Shown here: in pieces, positions 10,273 to 20,497 of the stretch | Position numbering within the stretch: the first letter of the stretch is position 1 | Layout of the letters: the number at the start of each line of letters is the position of its first letter | Assembly: GCA_963718615.1 (NCBI GenBank) | Contig: OY970368.1 | Span: 2,432,001-2,496,000 of the forward strand | Origin: an uncultured cyanobacterium | GTDB taxonomy: Bacteria > Cyanobacteriota > Cyanobacteriia > PCC-9006 > JAAUQQ01 | DNA: 64,000 bases | Direction of reading: 5' to 3' | Made by a program: the position numbers and the translations under genes | The notes under the pieces: generated by a model | What the model was told of the DNA's origin: nothing | Databases searched by the model: none | What the model saw: only the letters and a program-made list of their open reading frames with translations

Positions 10273-12093
10273 CTAATCGATGGGCTCTAAACGAACTTTT
10301 ACTTTTACGGACTTCTCAGCATTGGGTAAAGTCACTGTCAGCGCATTAGCATCAAAGCTATGATAAGGCTGGCCATCAATTTCAACTGAACCGATTTTGA
10401 CCCGTCCGGGCGGTAAAATGTCAGGTGAAACACGTAGAATCCTGTCAGGAAAACCGTTGGACTGAGGTTTAAAATAGAAGTCCATAGGTTGTTTCTTGAT
10501 CAGTAAATTAGTATAGACTGCTGCTAGATAACACAGCTCTGTCGAGTGATAGCCACTCATGGAATGGGAGCCCTTACCTCGCTCATTACCTCCGGCCAAG
10601 TAAGGTAGGCCATTGGCCAAGACGTTGAAATAGACTCCTCCATCTTCAGTGTCAAGGAACCAGGCATTGTAGAACGCAGAAGCCTCACGAGCATGACGTA
10701 AATATTCTTGATTATCTAGGCAACCTGCGAGGATCAAGTAGGCCAAAATTGCCTGTTCTTGCTGCCACCATGCTTTACGATCGTGCCATACATGACGATG
10801 AAACTTCTGACCCAGAGGAACTTCTCGTTCTACTACGTCGTACCATCCTCCCCGTTGCTGATCACTCCCGACTTCAGGCATAGTTTGAGCCAGTCGCTCA
10901 GCCAATTCAGTGTACTTGTCTTTCGGCTTAAGACTTTGCATCCGCATGAGGTTCCAGGCAATTTTGAGGTTGTGCCCAACCACAGCACGATTTTGTTGCC
11001 AACCCCAGTTTTGATCTTTAGACCAATCTTCAAAGAAACGTTCTTGAACAAAGGGACTGTTGTCAAAGTCAGGAAAACGCTGCTCAATTGTATCGAATGT
11101 GTACTCTAGCATCTTGGCATATTCTTCTCGTCCAGTTGCCAAGAAGAGGTTAACCAAATAGGCCGGAGCATGATCACCTACGGAGTTCCAATTTTTGGTT
11201 CCCTTGTTATGCCCAAGGGATTCACTGCGTGGATCCAGCATGACGGGCTCCAAGTGGGAGAAGTAACCGCTATGTTCGCTCTGGTCTAGGAAAAACTTGT
11301 CAAAGAGTTTGATCGTTTGTTCAGCATCACTTAGAATACGAGGATCACCGGTAATGCGATAGGTTTGGGTGGGTCCAGCCAGGGCATAAATTTGCTCATA
11401 GGCAGGAATGGCATCATAGTCATCGCCAAATTCAGATGCGAAGATTTTTTGTTCGCGATCGCCCTGGACATCAATACCGTGATACCAGTAAACGATATCC
11501 TCATCCTGGTCCACGAACCGCATGTGTTCTCGTAAATACTCTGTCCCTTTTTCAGCAGCTTCTAAGAACTTGTCTTCACCCGTCATGAGAAAAGCGGTGG
11601 CAAATCCATAAACTAAGCGAGAAATCGTGTCAGTTTCTTGACGAAAATTCGTATCGGACTTAACGCCGGAAAGGCTCAGAGTTGTTCGATAGTTACGATA
11701 ATCAATTTCTTCGTCCCCAAATTGAGCTTTGAGATAGAAGTTTGCCAGAGATCTGACCTGATCTATCCACCAGTTTTGTTTTTCAAAGTAGTATTCTTCT
11801 GTCGTACGACCTAGAAAAACAATTTGCTTGGCTTCAAACTTGGGAGAGTCAGGATAAAATACACCATAGGTAAATAACTGACGCCCTTCCGTGAGCATCG
11901 ATCGCATATTGCTTGTCGCATCGGGATAAGCTTCATCAAAATTTTGAAGCATCTTAGCAAAGGTCATGCTGCCCAATATGACATCGAATTCACGACCGTC
12001 AGATGTCTTTAGTCCGAAAACATCGTTTTCAGAATTGAAGTAAGTAACATAGCCAGCAATCAAATCGGAGCTAGGGAAGACAGGTGTTTGCAT
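10273..12093 (-). CDS. AGE-family (N-acylglucosamine 2-epimerase-like) protein, Slr1855-like
   Basis: SRLVYGFA, GHNLK, WWQQEQ and YH motifs of the alpha6/alpha6 epimerase family; position next to STAS-glgX as in the icfG cluster. Confidence 0.8.
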   Translation of the reverse strand: MQTPVFPSSDLIAGYVTYFNSENDVFGLKTSDGREFDVILGSMTFAKMLQNFDEAYPDATSNMRSMLTEGRQLFTYGVFYPDSPKFEAKQIVFLGRTTEEYYFEKQNWWIDQVRSLANFYLKAQFGDEEIDYRNYRTTLSLSGVKSDTNFRQETDTISRLVYGFATAFLMTGEDKFLEAAEKGTEYLREHMRFVDQDEDIVYWYHGIDVQGDREQKIFASEFGDDYDAIPAYEQIYALAGPTQTYRITGDPRILSDAEQTIKLFDKFFLDQSEHSGYFSHLEPVMLDPRSESLGHNKGTKNWNSVGDHAPAYLVNLFLATGREEYAKMLEYTFDTIEQRFPDFDNSPFVQERFFEDWSKDQNWGWQQNRAVVGHNLKIAWNLMRMQSLKPKDKYTELAERLAQTMPEVGSDQQRGGWYDVVEREVPLGQKFHRHVWHDRKAWWQQEQAILAYLILAGCLDNQEYLRHAREASAFYNAWFLDTEDGGVYFNVLANGLPYLAGGNERGKGSHSMSGYHSTELCYLAAVYTNLLIKKQPMDFYFKPQSNGFPDRILRVSPDILPPGRVKIGSVEIDGQPYHSFDANALTVTLPNAEKSVKVKVRLEPID

Positions 12094-12177
12094 GATAAAC
12101 CTAAGAATTGGATAGACTGCACACTAACTCAAGATAAACGCAGGAGTTTTATTCAAAACATCTAAGTGATTTAGAGA

Positions 12178-12621
12178 CTAATCCGTCAGCCTAGGCGGAT
12201 TTTCTTGATCGACAAAACCCTCACTTAATTCAATGATTCGACCATCTGGATCTGCAATCCAAGCCGTGCGCCAACCAGGAATAAAATCATCAAAACTAAG
12301 AGGACCTAGAGTGATGGGTGCAGCATTCTCTAGTTCTGCTAATTTTGCATCGACGCTTGCAACTTTGAAGGCTAAATGGCGAACACCGGGATATTGAGGC
12401 CCATCATTAACCGCTGTTGGGACAGGTGCTTCTTCCTTGGCTTGGAAGAGCTCTAAATAAAAGGCACTATCTCCCATCTTGAGAAAAACGATCTGATCTC
12501 CATCTGGTAATTCTGCCACCCGTGCTCGACGGAATCCAAAATGCTTGGTGTAAAATTTTTCCGTCGAAATGGGATCTTTGCAGGTGATGGCGACCTGGGA
12601 AAAAATTTGCATGACATTCAT
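12178..12621 (-). CDS. VOC/glyoxalase family protein
   Basis: FYTKHFGF, LELF, HLAFKV, DPDGRIIEL. Confidence 0.9.
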   Translation of the reverse strand: MNVMQIFSQVAITCKDPISTEKFYTKHFGFRRARVAELPDGDQIVFLKMGDSAFYLELFQAKEEAPVPTAVNDGPQYPGVRHLAFKVASVDAKLAELENAAPITLGPLSFDDFIPGWRTAWIADPDGRIIELSEGFVDQENPPRLTD

Positions 12622-12641
12622 AAGAGTATCCGCTAGATTTG

Positions 12642-13238
12642 TTAGGCAACTGCTTGGAGATAGTACTTTTTGGCATTGGCCATCATTTCGATCATTCGTT
12701 TAGCAAAAAGATGGCAGTGCCCTCCACTTCGTCCAGTAATCAAATCAGCATCCATGACGACATCTTGATCGGTATAGATTGCACCCATATTTCTGACATC
12801 GCCATAAAGATTGTTATGGCAGACTACCCGGCGGCCACGAGCGAGCTCCGGAGCGGGTGCAACCAGCCACATTCCATGGCAAATAATGCCCTTAAGAATG
12901 CCAGGATCGGCAAACGCCCGTTTGAGGAATTGGGTTGCTGGAGCTAACTGACGAACATCCTCGCTGTAGCGGAGGCGATCGCTTACCATTCCAGAAGGGA
13001 CGATAATTGCGTCATAGCTTTTCAATTCTGTATCACTCATGTCTTCAAAACTTTCAGAACAGGTGAAGGGCGCTTTAAACTCATGGCCTTTGAATTCAAT
13101 TGAAGACTGACCCCATAGACGAGAAAGAAAATGGAGATCAGCCCCCTCTTCTGCAAACCGATAGTTGTAGTACCAGATTTCCTGTTCGTAGAAATCGCTT
13201 TCAATCAGAACCCCGATCTTCTTTCCTTTCAGTTTCAT
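12642..13238 (-). CDS. DJ-1/PfpI family protein
   Basis: FYEQE, YDAIIVPSG, ICHG nucleophile elbow, DADLITGR. Confidence 0.9.
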   Translation of the reverse strand: MKLKGKKIGVLIESDFYEQEIWYYNYRFAEEGADLHFLSRLWGQSSIEFKGHEFKAPFTCSESFEDMSDTELKSYDAIIVPSGMVSDRLRYSEDVRQLAPATQFLKRAFADPGILKGIICHGMWLVAPAPELARGRRVVCHNNLYGDVRNMGAIYTDQDVVMDADLITGRSGGHCHLFAKRMIEMMANAKKYYLQAVA

Positions 13239-13295
13239 TGTTGTATCAAATAGGAATAGAGTTGCCCGATATGCTGAATCTGATTCAAGATGAAA

Positions 13296-13700
13296 TTACG
13301 CCTGAAGCTGCTGAACTAGGGTAAATTGGTCCCAGTTGTTCCAAAGCTGATTAATTTTGCCGTCGATAATTTCAAAGATGGTAATGCCATTGACATTGAT
13401 CCCTTTATTGCTAGGGGATGAGCCAAAGAAATTTCCGGTCTGAGTTCCAGTACAAATCCAACGAGCGATTACCTTGTCTTCAGTAGTTAGAGTTTCTTCT
13501 ACTGTATACTTTGCATCTGGAATTCCCTCAATGAAACCACCAATAAATCCTTTGGCTGCCTCAATTCCTTTAATGTCATGAGCGTTAACATGGCCAACAT
13601 AGTTGGGGCCTAGAATCTCGTCTAAGAGATCGAGTTTATGCGCATTGTAAACTTCGTAAAACTTCAGAGCAACATCAAGGTTAGTCTTAGACATGATCAA
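13296..13700 (-). CDS. SnoaL-like ester cyclase (NTF2 fold)
   Basis: PD...DKVIARW...GTQTGNFFG..P..K...G.TIF...DGKI...W motif. Confidence 0.85.
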   Translation of the reverse strand: MIMSKTNLDVALKFYEVYNAHKLDLLDEILGPNYVGHVNAHDIKGIEAAKGFIGGFIEGIPDAKYTVEETLTTEDKVIARWICTGTQTGNFFGSSPSNKGINVNGITIFEIIDGKINQLWNNWDQFTLVQQLQA

Positions 13701-13778
13701 TCATCCTTTGAATTAGATACGTGTATGAAGGTGAGAAAAGTAGCTGTTATTTACCACCAGGATAAAGAAGCCAAGGAA

Positions 13779-14171
13779 TTAAGCCACAGTTCCATCCGGG
13801 TACTGAGTCATTCCTGCAAAGTGAATGGCAATTTTTCCATCGCGTAGAACCCAGCTATCGGCAAAGCGCATTTTTGCTTCACCTTCTTCTGTTTTCATCG
13901 TGATTGATTCAACAATCATTAACGTTGTCGGATTTTCGGTCTCAGCCCAAAATGCAATATCGACTTCTAACCCTTGAATACCCAGAATCCCTTGGAAATG
14001 CTCTTCTAATTTCTTGTGCCCACGATAGTAAATGGGCTCTTTCATAAAAGAGCTGATGAGGACCGCATCCTCTGTATATTGATTGAGCAATCCTTTGATG
14101 TCTTTTTTGAGAATTAGACTAATATGCTCTTCGTACATGAGGCCGAGAGGACTATCGGGAACCTTAGCCAT
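13779..14171 (-). CDS. NTF2/SnoaL-like protein
   Basis: DIKGLLNQYTEDAVL...RG...D.WVLRDGKIAIH pattern. Confidence 0.75.
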   Translation of the reverse strand: MAKVPDSPLGLMYEEHISLILKKDIKGLLNQYTEDAVLISSFMKEPIYYRGHKKLEEHFQGILGIQGLEVDIAFWAETENPTTLMIVESITMKTEEGEAKMRFADSWVLRDGKIAIHFAGMTQYPDGTVA

Positions 14172-14193
14172 GGTGATGTCTCCTGTATTTGTA

Positions 14194-15744
14194 CTAAATT
14201 GCCATTGCGACAGATTTGCTTAAACCGTGGGCTGATTTAATGAGATCTGCTGCTTTTTCAGCGATCGCCAGCACCGCTGCATGACAGTTACCAGAAGGTA
14301 CCGATGGAATGACACTGGCATCAACAACCCGAAGTTGTTCCACCTCACGTACCCGAAGTTCCAGATCAACCACAGCCAAATCATCAATTCCCATTTTGCA
14401 GGAGCCACACTGGTGATGATAGGTTTCTGCACGCTGACGAACAAAAGCCTCCAGTTGTGCATCAGTCTTGACTTCAGGACCCGGTAACAATTCCTCCGTT
14501 CCCCATGCAGCAAATGCTTGGGTACCAAAAAGAATCTCTTGGCCCAACCGCACTGATTGCATCAGCCGTTCCACATCTTCCCGCTCGACTAGATAATTGG
14601 GATTAATCTGAGGCGCATCCAAAGGATTATTGCTATCTAGGCGCAACCAGCCCCGTGACTTGGGTTGAACCACCCCTGGAATAATACTCACCGAGTTAGG
14701 ATGATCCTGACCAATAATGATGTCAAAGGGGACATGTACAAAACTGATCTGTAGATCCGGCGCATCAAGATATTCACTTGACTTAGTGAACAAACAACTT
14801 TCCGACATATTTTGATTGGGACCTGGCACTGGCCGATTAGTTTTGCCAATGATGCCCGTCAGAACATGATTGTGAAAGTTTTCACCTACACCTGGTAAAT
14901 CAGCCACTACTGGAATCTGGAATGATTGGAGCTGTTGAGCATTCCCAATGCCAGACAACATTAGGAGCTTAGGAGATTCGATTGCTCCAGTACTAACAAT
15001 CACCTCACGCTGGGCTTTGGCTGATCGATGATTTGTTCCCTCTAGATATTCTACGCCGATACAACGTTTGCCTTCAAATTGGAGCTTGGTTGCGATCGCA
15101 TTAGTAATTACAGTCAGATTAGGACGATCTAACACCGGCAACAAATAGGCTTGGGCAACGGTTTGGCGTTTCCCATCTTTGATATTGAGATGGTGCCAAC
15201 CGGCTCCCTCCATTTGGGGACCATTAAAGTCATCGGTCTGGGGATAACCCAATTCTGCACAGGCATTCAAAAATACCTGAGAAGTGGGATTAGGATCGTG
15301 AAGTCTTGCACTGGATAATTGGAAAGGACCTTGATGTCCTGCCCAAGGACTTGTTTCATCTTCCTGATTTTCAATCCGTTGGAAATAGGGTTGCAACTCG
15401 TCATAGCTCCAGCCCTTAGCACCTTGGGTTACCCATCGATCATAGTCAGACCGATGACCTCGGATGTAAATCATCAGATTTAGGGCGCTGCTTCCTCCTA
15501 TAACTTTACCACGAGGCTCATGGAGCTGACGTCCTCCCAGAGCGCTTTGAGGTACGCTTTTATAGTCCCAATCCACGGGTGTATGCCAGAGGAAGGGCCA
15601 CATCGCAGGCAGATGAATATTATCGGGAATCTGATCGCTGCCTGCCTCTAGAACCAGCACGCGAATGTCTGGGTTTTCAGAAAGTCGATTGGCAAGAACA
15701 CAGCCAGCAGAGCCAGCTCCAACAATGATGAAATCGTATTGCAT
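14194..15744 (-). CDS. GMC family FAD oxidoreductase
   Basis: YDFIIVGAGSAG, RGKVIGGSSALN, ESPKLLMLSGIG, HQCGSCKMG, LRVVDAS. Confidence 0.93.
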   Translation of the reverse strand: MQYDFIIVGAGSAGCVLANRLSENPDIRVLVLEAGSDQIPDNIHLPAMWPFLWHTPVDWDYKSVPQSALGGRQLHEPRGKVIGGSSALNLMIYIRGHRSDYDRWVTQGAKGWSYDELQPYFQRIENQEDETSPWAGHQGPFQLSSARLHDPNPTSQVFLNACAELGYPQTDDFNGPQMEGAGWHHLNIKDGKRQTVAQAYLLPVLDRPNLTVITNAIATKLQFEGKRCIGVEYLEGTNHRSAKAQREVIVSTGAIESPKLLMLSGIGNAQQLQSFQIPVVADLPGVGENFHNHVLTGIIGKTNRPVPGPNQNMSESCLFTKSSEYLDAPDLQISFVHVPFDIIIGQDHPNSVSIIPGVVQPKSRGWLRLDSNNPLDAPQINPNYLVEREDVERLMQSVRLGQEILFGTQAFAAWGTEELLPGPEVKTDAQLEAFVRQRAETYHHQCGSCKMGIDDLAVVDLELRVREVEQLRVVDASVIPSVPSGNCHAAVLAIAEKAADLIKSAHGLSKSVAMAI

Positions 15745-15768
15745 GGTAGAACATTCCTGAATCACAAT

Positions 15769-16659
15769 TTAAACGGCAACAGCATCAGCCTGAAAAGCCT
15801 GAATATTGTCTTGGATGAACTGCTCAAAAGTAATGGGCTGTTTGTCAGTAATCGTAAAAAAGTCATTTGTTGGTTCAGCTCCCCAACCGGTGCGATAAAG
15901 GGCAAACATTTCGTTAAAGGTATCTGCCAACCAATCAGGTTGTCCCCAATTGAGCATGTTGGCTTTAAACTGTTCTGGACTTAGATCGACATACTGTACT
16001 GGACGACCTAGAGCTTGGGAAAATTTTTCTGCAACTTGATCGAAAGAAAGAGATTCTGGGCCTGTAAGAGTATAGGCTTTCCCTGCATGCTTCTCTGGAT
16101 GAAGCAGTGTTTGAACAATTGCCGCTGAAATGTCACGCACGTCAATATGACTAATAGAAGAATTTCCCCCTGGCTGAGAAAATATGCCCTGGGTTGAAAT
16201 TAGTTGACTAAAGGCCAGAAAATTTTGCATGAAGCCATTAGGGCGCAAACTACAATAAGCGATTCCAGATTCTGACAATAGTTGTTCTGCATCTCCGTGC
16301 CAACGCCCTAAACGCATGGGGGAGTCTGGAGCTGCGCCAATAGCCGAGAATTTGACAATATAAGATGTCTTCGATCGCTTTGCTGCATCGATAAAGTTAC
16401 GCTGTAGCTCAACGGCATTCGGATCGATAGGGGGGAGCATGAGTGCTCTATCGATGCCTTGAAGCGCTGCATCTAGAGATACTGGGTTAGAGAAATCGCC
16501 TTCAACGAGCTCAGCACCGAATTCCTGTAAGGGAATGCCTTTATCAAGCCTACGAACCATAGCACGTACAGTTATGCCTGTGGTGGCCAGTTGTTGGATA
16601 ACTTGCTGGCCATTAGTGCCGGTAGAACCAGTGATCAGAATTTTAGGTTGAGATAGCAT
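15769..16659 (-). CDS. NmrA-like/atypical SDR oxidoreductase
   Basis: ILITGSTGTNG, LRPNGFMQN, IDVRDI, YTLTGPE; start at MLSQPK inferred. Confidence 0.88.
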   Translation of the reverse strand: MLSQPKILITGSTGTNGQQVIQQLATTGITVRAMVRRLDKGIPLQEFGAELVEGDFSNPVSLDAALQGIDRALMLPPIDPNAVELQRNFIDAAKRSKTSYIVKFSAIGAAPDSPMRLGRWHGDAEQLLSESGIAYCSLRPNGFMQNFLAFSQLISTQGIFSQPGGNSSISHIDVRDISAAIVQTLLHPEKHAGKAYTLTGPESLSFDQVAEKFSQALGRPVQYVDLSPEQFKANMLNWGQPDWLADTFNEMFALYRTGWGAEPTNDFFTITDKQPITFEQFIQDNIQAFQADAVAV

Positions 16660-16706
16660 GAGATTAGATAACTCAATAATGATTGATAGAAAATGGAGAA
16701 GCAATA

Positions 16707-18641
16707 CTAGAAAGAAAAGCGATTGCTAACACCAAGAACAGTCGCATTGTTGCGATCGCTATAGCCTCCTGGATTAATGATGTATTGAGCACTGCCAACC
16801 ACTAGCCACCAACGGGCAATCTCAGCAGCATAGGTTAGCTCTACGACGGTTTCGGCATCGCGAATGGCGTTGTCACCGCCTAAACGGTTGATCTGGCGAT
16901 CTAGAGCGCGTGTACCGTTACTAAAGCGGGTATGGGAAACCCCTAATCCTAGGACATCGCGATCGCGTCCTGGGATTGGCCCCTCGTATGCCAAGCCACC
17001 GGAAACGTTCATTGAAACTAAGTTGATATCTTGCTTTGGCGAGACAACAGCTTTTGCAAATAGATTCAGTCCCTGAGTTCGATCTGTCGGATCTGCAGAT
17101 TCTCGATAGACCATTTGTTCAGCAGTCACATAGAAAGCTGAATTCCCCCGTTGTTGCCGAGGTCCTCCACCAGAATTGCCTGAGGAATCGGTTTGTACCA
17201 GAGTTTTTAACTCGTTAAATGTTCCTGTATGAAACTGGGCACCAGCTCGATAATAACCGGGTAACCTGGTATCACCTGGGTTTTGATTAAGCCGATAAAG
17301 GGTCTCAAAAATTCCCTCTGCCCCATCTTTTCCATTTAGATCGCTTTTAAGCCCATCTCGGTTTTTAAACCCACCACTTGGATCATCAAACCCATCCATA
17401 ATATGGGCGATAAAATTCCAGTTTCGATTAGGATTGTAGGCCACTTGAATTCCCCAAGGGGCTGCACCATAGCCTGCTGAAAAGCCTGAAGATGGTGAAC
17501 TTCCCAAAAAGGTTGGATAGGTAAAAGACGTATTAGTGAATAATCCAGCTGTTTGAGACGCGGCAATTTTAACAAAGGGATAAATCTTACCAACCCGGAT
17601 ATTTAATTTTTGGTTGAATAAATCCTGTCCGTAAAACAGCTCGAATAGGCGAGGTCCAGATTCTGGAGGATCTCCAAAATAAACAGAATTGAGTGAACCA
17701 ACTCGCTCCCGAGCAACACTGTCCCCTGTAAGCCAGCTACCAGTGATATGGATCATCCCGCCATCCCACCATCCCACACGGTCAGTGTACAAATCACCAC
17801 TGAGAATATGAACTTGGTTAACGGAAAATCCTTGCTTGATACCGCCTAAGGGATTACCGTAAATTTCATTGTAATAAGCATAAATTAAATCAATGCCATG
17901 TTCATCTAAAGTATCTCGCAACCCTCCCCAGTCTCCGGTCATAAAACTGCGCTGAAGAAAACGGCTATTGTCCTCTTCACGCTGGCGAATACCTTGAATA
18001 AATAGACCTGTGTCTAGAACTTTATTGGTAACAGGTTTACGTAGTGCGCGTATGGTCAGAAGATTGATCTCGCGAGAGAGCCTAGATTGAGGTACTTCAC
18101 TCTCTTTTTTTAAATCTTGGCTGTCAGATGCATTTTCATTTTCTGAGGAAATAAAAATTTCTGAAAGAGCAGCATTTGACTCTGAACTGGCGTCTTCTGG
18201 TTCGACAATGAGCCGATCTTTCAAATCCTGAAAGTTTGGACAGTTTTCTGCTTTAAGACTTAAAGCTTCTTCCAGCTTTAAGTCTAGTGAGCTAAAATGT
18301 TCAAATTGGCAAAATTTCTGAAGTTGAGTTTCAGACTCTATCTCCGATTTAGTAGCTAAAAAGGAAATAGGCTTCTCAGGCTTTTCTTGTTTTAATCTCT
18401 GTGAAATTACATGTCTAATACTGGATCCATTAGCAGAATCTTCTATGCTGTTTATGGCTTCTACAGTATTAGCAGAAGAGGTTAAATTGCTATCACTTTT
18501 CAGATCTGTCTTAGCATCTGAACTGGCTAATGTGGAGGATGCTTCAGAGAGAGTTTCACTGGCATTGACAGTAGAAGCCAATCCAAGCCAGACTGTTGCA
18601 GATAAAACTGATAGTAAAAAGAGTCTCGGAGAAGACGGCAT
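16707..18641 (-). CDS. OprB-type carbohydrate-selective porin with long N-terminal extension
   Basis: Signal peptide, TGDWGGLR..L...GI motif, GPIPGRDRDVLGLG, ETVVELTY, QYIINPG, C-terminal F. Confidence 0.85.
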   Translation of the reverse strand: MPSSPRLFLLSVLSATVWLGLASTVNASETLSEASSTLASSDAKTDLKSDSNLTSSANTVEAINSIEDSANGSSIRHVISQRLKQEKPEKPISFLATKSEIESETQLQKFCQFEHFSSLDLKLEEALSLKAENCPNFQDLKDRLIVEPEDASSESNAALSEIFISSENENASDSQDLKKESEVPQSRLSREINLLTIRALRKPVTNKVLDTGLFIQGIRQREEDNSRFLQRSFMTGDWGGLRDTLDEHGIDLIYAYYNEIYGNPLGGIKQGFSVNQVHILSGDLYTDRVGWWDGGMIHITGSWLTGDSVARERVGSLNSVYFGDPPESGPRLFELFYGQDLFNQKLNIRVGKIYPFVKIAASQTAGLFTNTSFTYPTFLGSSPSSGFSAGYGAAPWGIQVAYNPNRNWNFIAHIMDGFDDPSGGFKNRDGLKSDLNGKDGAEGIFETLYRLNQNPGDTRLPGYYRAGAQFHTGTFNELKTLVQTDSSGNSGGGPRQQRGNSAFYVTAEQMVYRESADPTDRTQGLNLFAKAVVSPKQDINLVSMNVSGGLAYEGPIPGRDRDVLGLGVSHTRFSNGTRALDRQINRLGGDNAIRDAETVVELTYAAEIARWWLVVGSAQYIINPGGYSDRNNATVLGVSNRFSF

Positions 18642-18778
18642 GGTTTAGTGTTTCCCGTCCCACAGGAATTGAATCGTAAACTAAATTAGGCCTGACCTAA
18701 TTCATAAGAATCAAACCTTTCTTGTTCAGTGATATGAAGTTGTATTGTTCACTGGAACAAGAAGGGTATAGCTCAGTT

Positions 18779-18834
18779 AGGATTATTCACCCAGGATTAT
18801 TTACCTAGGATTGTTCACCTAGGATTGTTCACCT
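18779..18834. repeat. 14-bp tandem repeat x4 (AGGATTRTTYACCY) duplicating the 3' end of the adjacent gene
   Basis: aggattattcaccc aggattatttacct aggattgttcacct aggattgttcacct. Confidence 0.9.
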
Positions 18835-19400
18835 GGAGGAGGAACAAGGCCCAACTGTATCATTAGTCCTAGTTGATCTAGTTGAGTCCATCGTTCTGCA
18901 ATTTGCCCTCCTTCTATCCGTACAATGGTAATTCCAGTTAGTGTAATTTCCTTTCCACTGGCAGGAACCCCAAATAAAGGAGTACCAGTGTGCTTTCCTT
19001 GAATTTTCCAACTGTGGACAACGCGATCGCGAGCATAAATTTCGTCCTGAATTGTCATCTTTAATTCAGGCATTGCGCTACGGAACATACCAATGATTTT
19101 CTTGAAGCCATCGCTACCTTCTTCCGAGCCTAAAGGCGAGTGATCAACAGCATCCGCTTTGATGAATTTATCGATGACAGAGAAATCGCCTTCGTTCCAT
19201 GCCCCTTCGAACATCTGAACCGCAATTTGGTTGTTCTCAACAGGGCTTAACGCATTAACTGCTGAGTTTGAAGCTGTTGCAACTTCGCTTTTAGTCGTTT
19301 CAGCGATTGGCTTGTTCGTGTCAATCGCTGCTTCACTCGCACAGCTTACTAGCCCAAAAAGTAGTAATGCAGGGATAGACTTCAGAATTTTTGCTTTCAT
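18819..19400 (-). CDS. SnoaL-like ester cyclase, probable lipoprotein
   Basis: Lipobox-like LLFGLVSC; GKHTG..FGVPASGK.IT.TGITI.R...GQIAERW. Confidence 0.85.
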   Translation of the reverse strand: MKAKILKSIPALLLFGLVSCASEAAIDTNKPIAETTKSEVATASNSAVNALSPVENNQIAVQMFEGAWNEGDFSVIDKFIKADAVDHSPLGSEEGSDGFKKIIGMFRSAMPELKMTIQDEIYARDRVVHSWKIQGKHTGTPLFGVPASGKEITLTGITIVRIEGGQIAERWTQLDQLGLMIQLGLVPPPGEQS

Positions 19401-19483
19401 GCTAAGCCTCTTTCAAGAGTGATGGAAATAATGAATAAACAATCGTGACACTAATTAATGCAGGTAGTTTGGACATCCGATAA

Positions 19484-20434
19484 CTAAACTACTGCAGCTT
19501 CCGTCTTTGGATGCAGTTGCTCCATCAAACCCAAATCATTCTCATTGATCCAAATCTCAGAAATTTGTCCTTGGTCAAGACGAAAGATACTGACACCTTG
19601 CATCTCAACGCTATTTCCAGTTGCTGGAATTCCGCGAAACTGACCCTTATGGGTAGCATTCATATGCCACCGTAATGCGGTCATTGTGTTATCACACATC
19701 TCTCGCTCTAGCGTGTAACAGATATCTGGAAATGCTTCTCGCATCATACCAATAAAGTGCTTCAGTCCAGCCTGACCCCTGATAGGCGTTGGAAGCATTG
19801 GGAGATGAAGGATAAAATCTGGGGCTATTAGACTAGGAATTAGGTCGATTCTGCCCTGGCCAATCAACTTTTCAAAGAAGCTGCGAGCAAGGGCCTTGCT
19901 CGCTTCTGGAGAGGTGACCGATGGCTCTGCGGGAATAACACCAATTTGTCTCATTAATCCTAATGTATCTTCATTGGCTAAGGATTCAACGATTTTGCCA
20001 TCTACAATCTTTAGCCAGCTTACACCATCAATAACAAAGTGCTTACCGCTTGCGGGAATATCACCTTTGACTGTATGGAGTGGTCCACCAATATGAGTAC
20101 CACTACCAATCCAATGGCCTACTACAGTATCACCATCAACAAGTAGATGCTTAACATCCAGATGCACATCCGGAAAGGCACCATGGAGCATCATTACAAG
20201 TTCCTTAAAGCCATTGGGACCATAATAAGGTTCAGGATGGGTTGGAATGGTAAACATGAAATCTTCGCTCATCAGATCATCAATGACATTGAGCTTAGCG
20301 TCATTCAAGATTTCTTGATAATACCGCTGTGCAATAGATTTTTTAGCTTCAACTGAATCTATTTTGCGTAGATGAATGAGATCTACGACATCGGTATTAA
20401 GAACGCGATAGATGTCTTTTAGAACGCCGATCAT
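19484..20434 (-). CDS. Tandem (2x) SnoaL-like ester cyclase
   Basis: Two copies of the AFPD...TH.G...IPA.G...G(K/Q)I.E pattern. Confidence 0.87.
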   Translation of the reverse strand: MIGVLKDIYRVLNTDVVDLIHLRKIDSVEAKKSIAQRYYQEILNDAKLNVIDDLMSEDFMFTIPTHPEPYYGPNGFKELVMMLHGAFPDVHLDVKHLLVDGDTVVGHWIGSGTHIGGPLHTVKGDIPASGKHFVIDGVSWLKIVDGKIVESLANEDTLGLMRQIGVIPAEPSVTSPEASKALARSFFEKLIGQGRIDLIPSLIAPDFILHLPMLPTPIRGQAGLKHFIGMMREAFPDICYTLEREMCDNTMTALRWHMNATHKGQFRGIPATGNSVEMQGVSIFRLDQGQISEIWINENDLGLMEQLHPKTEAAVV

Positions 20435-20497
20435 AGGAGTTGAGTTGAGTACTTATGAGTTCAGAATGTCTTGTGTATGGTCAGAATGTAGAATGAC

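Noticed and set aside
5248-13238. Treating the STAS-glgX-STAS-kinase-phosphatase core as wholly new
   Set aside because: It matches the described Synechocystis icfG cluster; only the extensions and the output are open questions
18779-18834. Short repeats as a CRISPR array
   Set aside because: Head-to-tail units without spacers; no cas genes
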